Under the pieces are notes generated by a model. The model worked only from the letters and a program-made list of their open reading frames with translations, made no database searches and was not told where the DNA came from. From Anaerolineae bacterium (GTDB taxonomy: Bacteria > Chloroflexota > Anaerolineae > Anaerolineales > UBA4823), in NCBI GenBank assembly GCA_041479245.1, contig JBGOXS010000015.1, positions 7,446 through 71,445 on the forward strand: a stretch of 64,000 bases of DNA, given 5' to 3'. Numbering within the stretch: position 1 is the first letter of the stretch; each line of letters starts with the position of its first letter. Shown one piece after another: positions 28,231-38,869 of this stretch. The position numbers were made by a program, and so were the translations under genes.

Positions 28231-28267
28231 GAACAGGCGGATCTACCAATCCGCCTGTTCTTTGTTT
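28231..28267 (+). terminator. Rho-independent terminator
   Basis: 12-bp perfect stem GAACAGGCGGAT / ATCCGCCTGTTC, 6-nt loop, then TTTGTTT. Confidence 0.85.
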
Positions 28268-28311
28268 AAAACTGTAAATATGGCATTAAAATAATCCTGG
28301 GAGGATATCCG

Positions 28312-29088
28312 ATGGCTGATCTAATCACTTCCGAATACAAAGATGGGATTTTTGTGATCACAATGGACCATCCCAAGGCGAACGCACTCACGCTTGAGAT
28401 GGTCGGGCTGCTGCAGGGAGCATTCAAGGAGGTATCCCGGCAAAAACAGGTACGGGTGGTGGTGTTCAGGGGGGCAGGCGATCAGTTCAGCGCCGGGCAG
28501 GATGTATATGAAATCGTACAAGCCAAAGGCGAGTCATACCGGCAGCACCTGCTCGAAACCTATAATCCCCTCGTTCTTCAGATCAGGCAATTGGATCGAC
28601 CCGTTTTGGCCGAAATTAACGGCACCGTGGCCGGAGCGGCGTTAGGTCTGGCACTGGCCTGTGACCTACGTATTGCTAGCGAGGAAGCGCGCTTCGTCGT
28701 GGGGTTCCTCGGCATCGGTCTGGCGCTCGATTCAGCTGTTTCGTTGTTCCTGCCGGCATTGATCGGCCTGGGGCGGGCGACCGAGGCTGCTTTCTCGAAT
28801 AAACCGATCAGCGCGCAGCAAGCCCTGGAATGGGGGTTGGTCAACCGCCTGGTACCCTCGGCTGAGCTGCACACCAGCGCTCTCCAGATGGCGAAGGCTC
28901 TGGCTATGGGACCCATCCACAGCATGGGACTAGCCAAGCGTGATTTTAACAAAGCCATTTACCCTCAGCTTGAGCAGGTGTTAGATTATGAGGCGCATAA
29001 CCAGGAGATTGCCCGGTTGGGAGCCGAGCACAAGGAGGGTGTGAGGGCGTTTGTGGAGAAAAGGGCTCCCGAGTGGGAAAATAACTAA
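28312..29088 (+). CDS. Enoyl-CoA hydratase/isomerase family protein
   Basis: 258 aa with FSAGQDV and GAALGLALACD crotonase motifs. Confidence 0.85.
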   Translation: MADLITSEYKDGIFVITMDHPKANALTLEMVGLLQGAFKEVSRQKQVRVVVFRGAGDQFSAGQDVYEIVQAKGESYRQHLLETYNPLVLQIRQLDRPVLAEINGTVAGAALGLALACDLRIASEEARFVVGFLGIGLALDSAVSLFLPALIGLGRATEAAFSNKPISAQQALEWGLVNRLVPSAELHTSALQMAKALAMGPIHSMGLAKRDFNKAIYPQLEQVLDYEAHNQEIARLGAEHKEGVRAFVEKRAPEWENN

Positions 29089-29864
29089 CCCTTATTGATA
29101 AATATAGCGGCAATGGTGAGGAAGAAAAACAAGGCAAACACCGCTGTGCCTGCTATGATTACCTCCCTACTGCTGCGTACGTTTATTACGGCGTTGGTTT
29201 GTACAAGCTCCTGCTTCCGCAGTACAGGTCCACCGAACCAGGCAAATAGTGTCCCACCGATCAATCCGCCAATATGCCCCCAGATATCAATACCGGGTAT
29301 GGTTACCCCAATGACCAGGTTGACTGCTGCGATGATGACTACCTGGCTTAGGGCGCGGCGGGCAATGCTACCAAATACGTCACGATTCTGATATATCAGC
29401 ACACCCTCTGCACCGAGCAAGCCAAATATGGCAGTAGACGCTCCCAATGACGGGCTTTGCGTGAACATAAACGACATCACATTACCCGCAAAGCCGCTTA
29501 CCATAAACAGGATCAGGTAGCGCCAACGACCATAAAACCGTTCAAGGGTTGGTCCAATAGCGTATAGCGCATACATGTTAAAACCAATATGCAGGGGGTT
29601 TGTAACCGAGTGCAAAAAAATAGGGGTAATCAACCGCCAGAATTGCCCTGCCATGATCAAATTATTCTCTTTGACACCAATCGCGGCCGGAATGTCAACC
29701 TGTAAAAAATTATAGGTGGCTAATTGAAGGAGGTACACCGCCACGCAGATACCAATTAATACAAAGGTCACATATGGACGAAAAACGGGCCGCTGCGGCA
29801 TTTGGCCCGTAAATACTCCTGGCGGTTGAGAGCTACCTTGAGGGGCCGGCTGATCCTGGTTCAT
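29085..29864 (-). CDS. Rhomboid-family intramembrane serine protease
   Basis: GASTAIFGLLG (catalytic Ser) and HIGGLIGG (His), about 6 TM. Confidence 0.85.
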   Translation of the reverse strand: MNQDQPAPQGSSQPPGVFTGQMPQRPVFRPYVTFVLIGICVAVYLLQLATYNFLQVDIPAAIGVKENNLIMAGQFWRLITPIFLHSVTNPLHIGFNMYALYAIGPTLERFYGRWRYLILFMVSGFAGNVMSFMFTQSPSLGASTAIFGLLGAEGVLIYQNRDVFGSIARRALSQVVIIAAVNLVIGVTIPGIDIWGHIGGLIGGTLFAWFGGPVLRKQELVQTNAVINVRSSREVIIAGTAVFALFFFLTIAAIFINKG

Positions 29865-30481
29865 AAGGTGACCATGCGTTGTTTTACCCGGTGATGCTCA
29901 GCAATGATGATCGAAATAATGGTGTCGACGGTCTCATCCAGGTGGAGCTCACGGTTGATCACCACGTAGTCAAATGAGTTGATATGGGTCATCTCCTGTT
30001 TAGCCGTGGCGATGCGCACTTTTAATCCATCCGGCGTCTCAGTTTTTCGCTCCTGGAGTCGACCGATCATCTCGTCTTCATCCTGAGGCGAGAGAAAGAT
30101 CATCAATGCGTCAGGACATAGTTGGCGGATCGTTTCGGCTCCCTGCACATCCAGGCGCATTACCACATCTTTGCCACTGGTAAAGGCATCTCTCACCTGG
30201 GCTTTGGGGATACCCTTATAATCGTTATACACTAACGCATACTCCAACAGCTCTCCTTTTTCGATCATCTGTGAAAACTCGTCCGGCGAGTAGAAAAAAT
30301 AATCCCTGCCATGGACTTCATTGGGGCGCGGCGGACGGGTGGTGGCGGTGATCACAAATTGAAAGTGTAGGTCCCTTTCCTTCATCCTTTGGATGATCGT
30401 ATCCTTCCCTACTCCTGACGGACCTGAAATCACGATCAGCAGCGGCTCAGTATGGCGCGATGCGTATGTAAATAAGGTCAT
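29861..30481 (-). CDS. gmk: Guanylate kinase
   Basis: P-loop GPSGVGKDT. The ATG at 30481 has a GGAG RBS. The ORF-track TTG at 30499 is less likely. Confidence 0.9.
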   Translation of the reverse strand: MTLFTYASRHTEPLLIVISGPSGVGKDTIIQRMKERDLHFQFVITATTRPPRPNEVHGRDYFFYSPDEFSQMIEKGELLEYALVYNDYKGIPKAQVRDAFTSGKDVVMRLDVQGAETIRQLCPDALMIFLSPQDEDEMIGRLQERKTETPDGLKVRIATAKQEMTHINSFDYVVINRELHLDETVDTIISIIIAEHHRVKQRMVTL

Positions 30482-30567
30482 AGAATTCTCCGCAAACAAG
30501 CATTATAATTCAGCCTTGCTCTGCTTGCGAGCGAATACCCTCCGGCATTTTGGAGACGGAGTTAAAC

Positions 30568-30960
30568 ATGCCAACGTATCAATATCGATGTCTGAATTGT
30601 AAAAAACGTTTCGATGTATTTTTATCTTACAAGGAATACGGCGTCAAAGCTGTCCACTGCCCCCACTGCTCCAGTGACCAGGTGCAACGACGGATCGGGC
30701 GCATCCGCATCGCCAAATCGGAAGAAAGCCGGTTGGACGCGCTTACCGACCCGACCGGGTTGGAAGGTCTGGAGAATGACCCCAAGGCACTCGGGAAAAT
30801 GATGCGTAAAATGGGTAACGAAATGGGTGAAGAAGTTGGACCGGAATTCGATGAAGTGGTCGACCGTCTAGAAGCGGGACAAAGCCCAGAGGATATCGAA
30901 AAAGCAATCCCGGACCTGGAGGGAGGTGCAGCTGGGATGGGGGATGATGGTGATTTTTAG
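30568..30960 (+). CDS. FmdB-family zinc-ribbon protein
   Basis: MPTYQYRCLNCKKRF...CPHC followed by an acidic tail. Confidence 0.8.
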   Translation: MPTYQYRCLNCKKRFDVFLSYKEYGVKAVHCPHCSSDQVQRRIGRIRIAKSEESRLDALTDPTGLEGLENDPKALGKMMRKMGNEMGEEVGPEFDEVVDRLEAGQSPEDIEKAIPDLEGGAAGMGDDGDF

Positions 30961-30973
30961 GAAGGTAACGAAT

Positions 30974-31594
30974 TCAGGGGCGAATATTTAATCTCTTAGC
31001 CACTACCCGCCGCAGCTCATCCTGGACTTTTCTAGGGCTGTGAGAGGCATCGATCACCTCCCATCGATCGGGTTCGGCTTGCACGAGCTGAAGATATCCC
31101 TGGTGTACGCGCTGGTGAAATTCCAGGTCATAGGCATCCAGGCGGTTCCATTCCCCCTTCAATTCCTTGCGCCGTAAGCCTGTTTCGACGTCCACATCCA
31201 GCAGGATCGTCAAGTCGGGTTTCAATCCACCGGTGGCGAAAGTCACCAACATCCGCAGTGTTTCAATATCAATTTGGTGACCGTACCCCTGATAAGCCAG
31301 GGTCGAATCGGCATAGCGATCACTGAGCACAATGCCGCCCTTATTCAAGTGAGGTTTAATGACCTGATCGACGAGCTGGGCACGCGAGGCCTGATAAAGC
31401 AGGATCTCAGTGCGGGGGTTCATCTCCTTGTTTTCAAGGTTATGCAACACCGTGCGAATCTGCTCGCTGATGGATGTACCGCCAGGCTCACGGGTGGTCA
31501 AAACATCAAAGCCGTGTTGGCGCAAATATTCTGCCAGGATGGGTAGCTGGGAGGTCTTACCACTGCCTTCGGGACCCTCGAGGGTGATGAACAT
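30974..31594 (-). CDS. tmk: Thymidylate kinase
   Basis: FITLEGPEGSGKTS P-loop, DRY motif, 206 aa. Confidence 0.9.
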   Translation of the reverse strand: MFITLEGPEGSGKTSQLPILAEYLRQHGFDVLTTREPGGTSISEQIRTVLHNLENKEMNPRTEILLYQASRAQLVDQVIKPHLNKGGIVLSDRYADSTLAYQGYGHQIDIETLRMLVTFATGGLKPDLTILLDVDVETGLRRKELKGEWNRLDAYDLEFHQRVHQGYLQLVQAEPDRWEVIDASHSPRKVQDELRRVVAKRLNIRP

Positions 31595-31598
31595 CTGG

Positions 31599-33230
31599 TT
31601 AGTCTCTGAAGATCCTCACCCGCCTGTAAGGCTCCTTCCCGTAGGAATGGGATGTAAGGTTTGCCTGGCGCGCCATCTGGTGCTGCAGGCGACGGATGTA
31701 GGCTGTGGCGGGAGGTAGCTCAACATAACGCTCCCCGTTCAGCACGGCGTCGATGGCTGCCTGGGTATTTTGCATGGCAGGCTCCATACCGCGTTCTTCG
31801 GTGACTGTGCTAGATAGGTTGTACAAATCACTAAGGAAATGCTGCATCTGGTTAACGGTGTTGGCGCGCAGCACGTAGATCGGCATACCGCGGTTTTCGG
31901 CATCGATCACCGGATGCTGGCGGCTGCGATAATAAGACCGCAGGGTGACCAGAACCTGTGCCTGCTCCAATTCATTCACCACAACGGCAGGCACTCCCAA
32001 ATACTTGGCAGCCTGGATCAAACGGTTGCGGGCAACGCCGTACGGATAGATTTTTATGGGTTGTAACGTAGATAGGTCCAGGTTGGTGGCGGCCTCATCC
32101 TTGCTTTCAGGAAGCTCTTCACCGCGATCATTGCGACCCCCGGCTGCCACTGTCGGAAGGCCCCTGTCTTTACCAAACTCCATTGGCTGGCGTGAAAACC
32201 CCTGTACGCCAAAATTCCTTTTGGCAGGTGGGGTTGAATGCTCGATATGGATCTCTCCGCTTTCATCACGGTAGCGCAGTTCGGGCTGGATGGGATAACC
32301 GCGCAGGAGTGCGTCGACTGAATCACCGACATCCAGGTGGACTGCCAGGCGGTCGCGAGTTTGGATCTCGATGAGCATATCGAAGGTGGGCGGCGAGCGG
32401 CGCTCAAGCACTGTTTTTTGCGTGCCGCGCCGACGGGCTTCTTCATCCGAAAGTGTGACCGATTCAATCCCTCCCACCAGGTCGGATAAGGTTGGGTTGA
32501 GCAGCAGGTTTTCGAGCGTGTTCCCATGCGCCGTGCCGATCAGCTGCACGCCCCGTTCGGCGATGGTACGAGCGGCCGCTGCCTCAAGCTCGCGACCAAT
32601 CTCGTCAATCACAATCACCTCAGGATTATGGTTTTCTACCGCTTCGATCATCACCTCATGCTGCAGTGCTGGGGTAGAGACCTGCATGCGGCGGGCGCGG
32701 CCAACTGCAGGGTGAGGCACATCACCGTCCCCACCAATCTCATTGGAGGTATCGACAATCACTACGCGCTTTTTCTCAGCCAACAGGCGGGCAGCTTCAC
32801 GTAGCATAGTAGTTTTACCGATCCCAGGACGCCCCAGTAGTAGCAAGCTCTTGCCGCTTTCGATCAAATCTTGAATAATGTCCGTCGTGCCATACACGGC
32901 GCGCCCAACCCGGCAGGTGAGGCCAACGATATCCCCCCGGCGGTTGCGTATGGCAGCGATGCGGTGTAAGGTGCGCTCCATGCCGGCACGATTATCAGTA
33001 TCGAAGGCGCTGATGCGCTCAACCACATAACCAATGTCGGTATGGGTCACTTCAACCTGGCTCAGGGTTTCCTCACGGTCGATATATCGTGCCGTAGGTA
33101 CACGCCCGAGGTCGAGGATCACTTCTAGCAGATCGTCCGAGCGGTTGATGATCGTCAATTGGCTGGCCACCTTGGGTGGCAGCACATTCAATAAGACATC
33201 TAAATTATCAGTGATTCGTTTTCTCGTCAT
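31599..33230 (-). CDS. AAA ATPase, SpoIIIAA/Ycf45-like, with a long C-terminal nucleic-acid-binding-type extension
   Basis: Walker A GRPGIGKTT, Walker B VIVIDEIG. Start chosen at the ATG at 33230 (MTRKRI), which avoids overlapping the upstream gene. Confidence 0.7.
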   Translation of the reverse strand: MTRKRITDNLDVLLNVLPPKVASQLTIINRSDDLLEVILDLGRVPTARYIDREETLSQVEVTHTDIGYVVERISAFDTDNRAGMERTLHRIAAIRNRRGDIVGLTCRVGRAVYGTTDIIQDLIESGKSLLLLGRPGIGKTTMLREAARLLAEKKRVVIVDTSNEIGGDGDVPHPAVGRARRMQVSTPALQHEVMIEAVENHNPEVIVIDEIGRELEAAAARTIAERGVQLIGTAHGNTLENLLLNPTLSDLVGGIESVTLSDEEARRRGTQKTVLERRSPPTFDMLIEIQTRDRLAVHLDVGDSVDALLRGYPIQPELRYRDESGEIHIEHSTPPAKRNFGVQGFSRQPMEFGKDRGLPTVAAGGRNDRGEELPESKDEAATNLDLSTLQPIKIYPYGVARNRLIQAAKYLGVPAVVVNELEQAQVLVTLRSYYRSRQHPVIDAENRGMPIYVLRANTVNQMQHFLSDLYNLSSTVTEERGMEPAMQNTQAAIDAVLNGERYVELPPATAYIRRLQHQMARQANLTSHSYGKEPYRRVRIFRD

Positions 33231-33270
33231 AATTATCCTAAAGAAATCCCCTCGAGGATTCCTTTTAAGT

Positions 33271-34266
33271 TTACAATATGGAATTTGCCCCCGACCATCT
33301 CTCGTCTTCAGCGGGTTCCTGATAGCGGGATTCATTTATATTTGCTATCGGTGCAGTAGGCTCAGCGCGTGTGCCATTCATGGCGGGCACCTTGTAGGCC
33401 TGGTTTACGCGTTGGGCAACTGTCAGGTGCCGCACCATCACGGCCTGCACCGGGCCTGGTTGCGCGCCCATAGCCTCGATGGCTGACTCCAACCAGGATT
33501 GGTAGGAGCGGATGCACAGGTATAGCGGACGGTTGCCCCTATTGGGTAGTTCATGTAGTAAATTTACCAGTGAGCAATCGAAGTCCCCCACATCGGGATG
33601 GATAAACGGCTGTACCCAAATCCCATTACGCCCGTATTTCAGCTCAACGAATGCAATCACATCACTGGCTTTATAGAGAACGACCCCTTTGAGATTCTTT
33701 TTAGGCAGCGGCTCGACCTGCTGGACTAACCCAGGCACTACATTGGAGTACAGCGATCGCACCCCGATTGCATCCCTGGACAGGGCAGTTCTCCAGGGAA
33801 CAGGTTCCTGGTCGCCCTGAGGCTGACCATCCAGGCGCCAGATTCGCTGGCGGGCATAGATCGCAAACCCTGCCCGGTGCAACAGCTGGAAGACCTGGCT
33901 GCTCTCATTGATGTCAGCGAGAATGTGGAAGGCACCCTTATTGCCCATCTGCAGAGCCATATAATCTGATAGTGCAGTCAACCCTGGTTGATCGATACCA
34001 TCTTCGGGCGCCAGGAAGGAAAGACGGGCATACGAAGCACCTCCAGTGAAGGTCATCTGCCCAATCAGGGGCGTTCCAGAGGGTGCGTCATAGTCACAGC
34101 GATAGGTAAACATTCGGGTGGAGGGACCAAGGAAATACAGGAGGGCTCCCATGGGGATGACCGATTTACCATGGATCAGTGCACGGGTGCTATCTAAGAA
34201 TATGCCGCGGTTGAGATAACCACGCAGGAGCGTCAAATCACGCCAATCGAATGGGCGAATGTTCAT
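33271..34266 (-). CDS. Hypothetical protein (possibly acetyltransferase-like fold)
   Basis: 331-aa ORF. Its start overlaps the pdxT stop by 4 nt. Confidence 0.6.
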   Translation of the reverse strand: MNIRPFDWRDLTLLRGYLNRGIFLDSTRALIHGKSVIPMGALLYFLGPSTRMFTYRCDYDAPSGTPLIGQMTFTGGASYARLSFLAPEDGIDQPGLTALSDYMALQMGNKGAFHILADINESSQVFQLLHRAGFAIYARQRIWRLDGQPQGDQEPVPWRTALSRDAIGVRSLYSNVVPGLVQQVEPLPKKNLKGVVLYKASDVIAFVELKYGRNGIWVQPFIHPDVGDFDCSLVNLLHELPNRGNRPLYLCIRSYQSWLESAIEAMGAQPGPVQAVMVRHLTVAQRVNQAYKVPAMNGTRAEPTAPIANINESRYQEPAEDERWSGANSIL

Positions 34267-34841
34267 GCTGCTAGCTGCAAGAAGTAGCGGTGAAAGCGGT
34301 CATCTTTGGTCAGCTCTGGGTGAAAAGCCGTAGCTAACAAGTGTCCCTGCTGGGCTGCCACAATCCTTCCGTCAGAAAGTCTAGCCAATATGCACGCATC
34401 AGCCTGCACAGATTCGATCAATGGAGCGCGGATGAATACGGCATGGAAGGGTTTCTGCTCAGGGTCAACCTCCAGCAGGGTGGGGATATCCAAATCAACT
34501 TCAAAGCTGTCCACTTGCCGACCGAATGCATTACGTTCCACGGTGATGTCCATCAATTGGAGCAGTGGTTGGTCGCGATGGGCATCCCTGGACATGAAAA
34601 TCGCCCCGGCACAGGTGCCCCAGATTGCGTTCTGCTCACCAAACTTACACAATGGTTCCATTAATCCGTAACTGACCGCCAGCTTGGCAATGGTGGTTGA
34701 TTCGCCACCCGGGATGATCAGGCCACTTAATCCTGCAAGCTGCTCCGGCAGGCGTACTTCGACCACCGTGACGCCTAAACGCTTGAGCATTACGCTGTGT
34801 TCGGCAAAATCGCCTTGTAAGGCTAAAATACCAATACGCAT
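34263..34841 (-). CDS. pdxT: Pyridoxal 5'-phosphate synthase glutaminase subunit
   Basis: MRIGILALQGDF...GTCAG (catalytic Cys)...FHPE, directly after pdxS. Confidence 0.9.
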   Translation of the reverse strand: MRIGILALQGDFAEHSVMLKRLGVTVVEVRLPEQLAGLSGLIIPGGESTTIAKLAVSYGLMEPLCKFGEQNAIWGTCAGAIFMSRDAHRDQPLLQLMDITVERNAFGRQVDSFEVDLDIPTLLEVDPEQKPFHAVFIRAPLIESVQADACILARLSDGRIVAAQQGHLLATAFHPELTKDDRFHRYFLQLAA

Positions 34842-35729
34842 TTACCAACCACGCCCAGCCAGTCGTTCCACCTCAGGCATGGTGGAGACATTGCGCCCCA
34901 CCATGGGCTCACCCAAATTTCGACTTACTTCCGCCAGGATATAGGGATCATTGAAATGGGTCGTTGCTTTGACGATCGCGTTGGCGCGCCTGGCAGGATC
35001 GCTAGATTTAAAGATACCCGAGCCGACGAATACCCCGTCGACGCCCAGCTGCATCATCAGAGCTGCATCGGCGGGAGTGGCAATCCCGCCAGCGGCGAAG
35101 TTCACTACTGGCATCCTGCCTTCCAGGCGGGTTTGCACCACCAGCTCGTATGGAGCCCCAATTTCCTTCGAAAAAGCCATCAGCTCTTCATCAGGTAGGT
35201 TTTGTAAGCGCCGGATCTCTCCCATCACGGTGCGGGCGTGCCTGACCGCTTCAACCACATCGCCAGTGCCTGCCTCACCCTTGGTGCGGATCATCGCCGC
35301 TCCCTCGCCAATACGCCGTAGGGCTTCACCCAGATTACGGCACCCACACACAAAGGGAACCTTGAAATCGTGCTTGAAAATGTGGTGCTCTACGTCAGCC
35401 GGAGTAAGGACCTCGGATTCATCGATGTAGTCGACCCCGATGGCCTCCAAAATTTGAGCTTCAGCGAAATGGCCGATGCGGCATTTTGCCATCACCGGGA
35501 TGGATACAGCATCCATGATCTGGAGGATCAGCTCCGGATCGCTCATGCGCGCCACGCCGCCCTGGGCACGGATGTCCGCAGGGACGCGTTCGAGCGCCAT
35601 CACTGCCACAGCGCCGGCATCCTCAGCGATTTTCGCATGCTCAGCCGTGACCACATCCATAATCACACCCCCCTTGAGCATCTGAGCCAAACCCTTCTTC
35701 ACGGTAAATGTATTCGCTTGTCCTTCCAT
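34842..35729 (-). CDS. pdxS: Pyridoxal 5'-phosphate synthase lyase subunit
   Basis: Highly conserved PdxS sequence ([24 protein letters not shown]). Confidence 0.95.
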   Translation of the reverse strand: MEGQANTFTVKKGLAQMLKGGVIMDVVTAEHAKIAEDAGAVAVMALERVPADIRAQGGVARMSDPELILQIMDAVSIPVMAKCRIGHFAEAQILEAIGVDYIDESEVLTPADVEHHIFKHDFKVPFVCGCRNLGEALRRIGEGAAMIRTKGEAGTGDVVEAVRHARTVMGEIRRLQNLPDEELMAFSKEIGAPYELVVQTRLEGRMPVVNFAAGGIATPADAALMMQLGVDGVFVGSGIFKSSDPARRANAIVKATTHFNDPYILAEVSRNLGEPMVGRNVSTMPEVERLAGRGW

Positions 35730-35947
35730 AAGTTCAACCTCCTGAAATCAAGAACAGACTCCCGTGCTCCACCAGCAACGCCAGTCTTGCAATAAATATA
35801 TGTAAACTTGTTATTCTTACCGCATTCTACCACGCGCTATGAGGCGTGGCAATCCGTCGAGCGATTACTCAGCCCGTCTCGACTCTTGTATCCTGATGGA
35901 TATTTTGTTACAGTTAAGCAGCATCCGAAATAGAAGGAGAAGATTCG

Positions 35948-36433
35948 ATGGACCTGATCAGCGTAAAAATCGAAAAGCCCGAGGAGATCAATTTCATCCT
36001 GGGGCAATCTCATTTCATCAAGACCGTTGAGGATGTTCATGAAGCACTGGTCAATACTGTGCCAGGGATCAAGTTCGGGGTTGCCTTTTGCGAAGCCTCT
36101 GGGAAATGCCTGATCCGTTGGAGCGGCACGGATGAAGCCATGCTCGACCTGGCGCGCAGGAATGCGCGGGCAATCGGCGCCGGTCACAGCTTTATCGTCT
36201 TCTTGGGAGATGGGTTTTACCCGGTGAATGTGTTGAATGCGATTAAATCAGTCCCCGAGGTATGCCGCATTTTCTGCGCAACTGCTAACCCGGCGGAAGT
36301 ATTGGTGGCGCAAACCGACCTGGGCCGAGGGATCCTGGGCGTAGTGGATGGCTCTTCTCCCGTAGGGTTTGAGACAGACGAAGACATCGCCTGGCGTAAG
36401 GGATTTTTGAGGATGATCGGATATAAACTATAG
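35948..36433 (+). CDS. Adenosine-specific-kinase family (DUF355-like) protein
   Basis: 161 aa. [17 protein letters not shown]...FCEASG...GHSFIVFL resembles that family. Recognised from memory. Confidence 0.55.
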   Translation: MDLISVKIEKPEEINFILGQSHFIKTVEDVHEALVNTVPGIKFGVAFCEASGKCLIRWSGTDEAMLDLARRNARAIGAGHSFIVFLGDGFYPVNVLNAIKSVPEVCRIFCATANPAEVLVAQTDLGRGILGVVDGSSPVGFETDEDIAWRKGFLRMIGYKL

Positions 36434-36535
36434 CATTGACCGCACGTGACGGGTAGATAATCGCCAGTTCGCTCATGTATATCCAACCGGCTTTGAACGG
36501 CTAATCTTTGCCCCGGCCAAGGAGCGGCTTAGGGT

Positions 36536-37009
36536 TCAACCGCGCAGTTTTTTTCCCTGCGCCAGTAGAGTAAGCGCTTTTTCTATCCGATGGCTGCGCG
36601 TCTTCTCTTGTTTGGCGCCCAAGATCCAGTCCACGTACAGCTTCTGCTGCGAGTGCGAAAGCTTTTCAAAACCGCTCAAAGCTTCAGGGTGATCTTCCAA
36701 GGCCCGGCGCAGGTCGTCTGGGATGACCACCTGACGTTTTTCAAGATCCAGCTCCAGGGTAACCTTTACCGAATCTCCCACCGCTTTCTTAATCTGATCG
36801 CGGATATCCTTCCCGACCACCAAATAATGCGAGCCATCGCCCATGGGGAGCGCTGTGCTGCGGAAGGGGCAGCTATCAACTGTCCCCTTTACCATAACTT
36901 GCCCCTTGGAGCCGAAGGTTGAGGATACATCGCGGGGGATATTGAGATAGGTCCAGGTTCCCACTCCCTCAGGCCGGATCAGTATAGCTTCGAATGAATA
37001 ATCAGGCAC
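36536..37009 (-). CDS. DUF1905 / YdeI-like protein
   Basis: GTG at 37009 with AAGGAG 7 nt upstream. FEAILIRPEGVGTWTYLNIP is a DUF1905-type start. The ORF-track start at 37078 lacks an RBS. Confidence 0.6.
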   Translation of the reverse strand: MPDYSFEAILIRPEGVGTWTYLNIPRDVSSTFGSKGQVMVKGTVDSCPFRSTALPMGDGSHYLVVGKDIRDQIKKAVGDSVKVTLELDLEKRQVVIPDDLRRALEDHPEALSGFEKLSHSQQKLYVDWILGAKQEKTRSHRIEKALTLLAQGKKLRG

Positions 37010-37119
37010 ATGAATACTCCTTAGCCTTGCCGGGCAGTAAAGAGGCCTATGAGAGTTACTCAGCCCATGGATATGCATCCAGGGAACACCACTTCAATTT
37101 TAATACATTTAGCAGGTGA

Positions 37120-37157
37120 TTGACATTCTATTTAGTTGTGCTATAGTACTATTGCAC
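37120..37157 (+). promoter_or_regulatory. Promoter with overlapping near-palindromic operator upstream of the GntR gene
   Basis: TTGACA (37120-37125), 16 nt, TGCTATAGT. The 20-bp near-palindrome GTGCtATAGTACTATtGCAC (37138-37157) spans the -10. Confidence 0.5.
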
Positions 37158-37202
37158 TAATGTTATAGTATAATAGATTAATCAAAGGTGTACCTACCGA
37201 CC

Positions 37203-37604
37203 ATGGAAATCCGTATCGATAAGACCAGCCGTGTCCCGATATACGACCAGATCAAGGAACAGATTAAGGGTCTGATCCATGCCGGGCAGATCAAGACCGG
37301 GGACCAGCTCCCGACCATCCGAGAATTATCAGTGGAGCTGTCGGTGAATTTCAATACCGTCGCCCTGGCATACCGTGACCTGGCCAACGAAGGGGTAATC
37401 ATCACCCAACGAGGGAAGGGCACTTTTGTCGCCAGCACCCCCGGTGAAGAGGAAATGCAGACCATACGTCAAGAAAAACTGGTCAATTTACTGGCGGCTT
37501 TGTTCCGTGAAACCGAACGCCTGGGGTACACCCCAGAGGAAGTGGGGAAGGCGTATACAGACCAGATCAAAAAAGTGAGGCTTAACAGGCGCTCTACTAT
37601 ATGA
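37203..37604 (+). CDS. GntR-family transcriptional regulator (short YtrA-like type)
   Basis: Winged-HTH PIYDQIKEQIKGLI..GDQLPTIRELSVELSVNFNTVALAYRDL. 133 aa. Confidence 0.85.
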   Translation: MEIRIDKTSRVPIYDQIKEQIKGLIHAGQIKTGDQLPTIRELSVELSVNFNTVALAYRDLANEGVIITQRGKGTFVASTPGEEEMQTIRQEKLVNLLAALFRETERLGYTPEEVGKAYTDQIKKVRLNRRSTI

Positions 37605-37617
37605 AAGTGAGGCACAA

Positions 37618-37917
37618 ATGAAAAAGCAATCCAACGGCACTGACAGCTCAAGCAGAAAACCGAAATCCAACCTGCGCGTCAGTGGGGTAGCCTGGTTCCT
37701 ATTCGTTGTCATCATCGTATTGGCGTTTGGTGGATCAACTCTCATGGATGAGAACGGCATTCTCAAACCATTCAGGTAACATACCTGGTTATGATGATCT
37801 TATTGACCTTGCGAGCCTCATGGCAGTGAAAGTTGCCTCCCAATCGGAGAAAGCAGTCGTCCTGCGCTTTGGAAAATTCCACTTAAGATTATGGCTTGAT
37901 CAACCCAATGGCACGTA
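37618..37917 (+). pseudogene. Disrupted SPFH/band-7 (HflK-like) gene: N-terminal TM fragment, frameshift, then truncation
   Basis: 37618-37779 encodes MKKQSN...VAWFLFVVIIVLAFGG (TM)...*. A different frame then reads VKVASQSEKAVVLRFGKF, the typical start of an SPFH domain, and stops at 37918. Sequence composition changes right after. Confidence 0.45.
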
Positions 37918-38290
37918 GTATTTCCACGATTATCATTCGTTAACAAGCCGTTTGAAATAGTATGTTATTTCAAACAGACCAAGTGCGATTGGTTCTTTTT
38001 CCCTTTTAGTGGCGTTCACCAGTTTCCAACCTTATTTGCCCAGTTCATCAAACATCTTGTTTTCCGATACCCATGCAGGAGAAATAAAAATCCCATGTGT
38101 AGACGTAGTCGCAACAATGGTTTTAAATTCCCTTGATGGCATATTTAGATTATCGCCCCGCTTTTCCAGCGGGTCAAGCAAATTAGTTGCGATTACGATA
38201 AAACAATGGGCAGCTCGTAAACCAGCCGCTGGGCGTTCCGCCTGGTTAACATCTCCAAGACTAATATTTTATGGGTAATAAACCAATCCA

Positions 38291-38707
38291 TCAACGGCAA
38301 CCATCATGGGCTGCAGATATAAAAATACCGTCTGCAAAACTTTCATAAATACCGACTTGCTTTTTAAACAGGCTTTTACATACTGGGCATACTAAATCAT
38401 CCTTGCGTGTTTCCCAGAACTTATACATATCAACGCCTTGTTTCTGGAGATCCTCCCCTTCTAATTGCTGTACGTTAGCAGTAGCCCTCGTAATCTCGGT
38501 AACAGCTATAACGTTTGCCCGCTCCTCACCAACATATTTACTGATCTTATTTGACACATCTCCCAGGGTAGTACCGCCCTTTAAATAAAAATCAGAAATT
38601 GCTTTTTTGATCGCACCTTTTTCTTTTTCTGTAAGATCGCGGCATGTTTCCCCTGCGTTCTTTCTCGCCCAATTAGCACCGCCAATTTTTGCTAACGACC
38701 ATCCCAT
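38291..38707 (-). pseudogene. Phage head-morphogenesis protein (Mu F / SPP1 gp7 family), C-terminal fragment
   Basis: ERANVIAVTEITRATANV...FWETRKDDLVCPVCKSL matches the MuF C-terminal core. The N-terminal two-thirds is missing. Upstream frames contain stop-interrupted remnants. Confidence 0.6.
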
Positions 38708-38869
38708 CTCATGCCTTCATAGTGCCGCTATCTTATTTTCCACCCCGCCCATGATAGGGGAGGCGTAGCGTCCCCGCCGCTTTGGCTTATGACAGACTGT
38801 ATTCCACTCGTCATTCTCAAGTTCATTTTTTTTTATTCCTATTCAGATTATTTCCACCCTCTCAATATT

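Noticed and set aside
35837-36187. 116-aa minus-strand ORF overlapping the start of the adenosine-kinase-family gene.
   Set aside because: It is antisense to a well-supported gene and to the pdxS upstream region, and it has no motifs.
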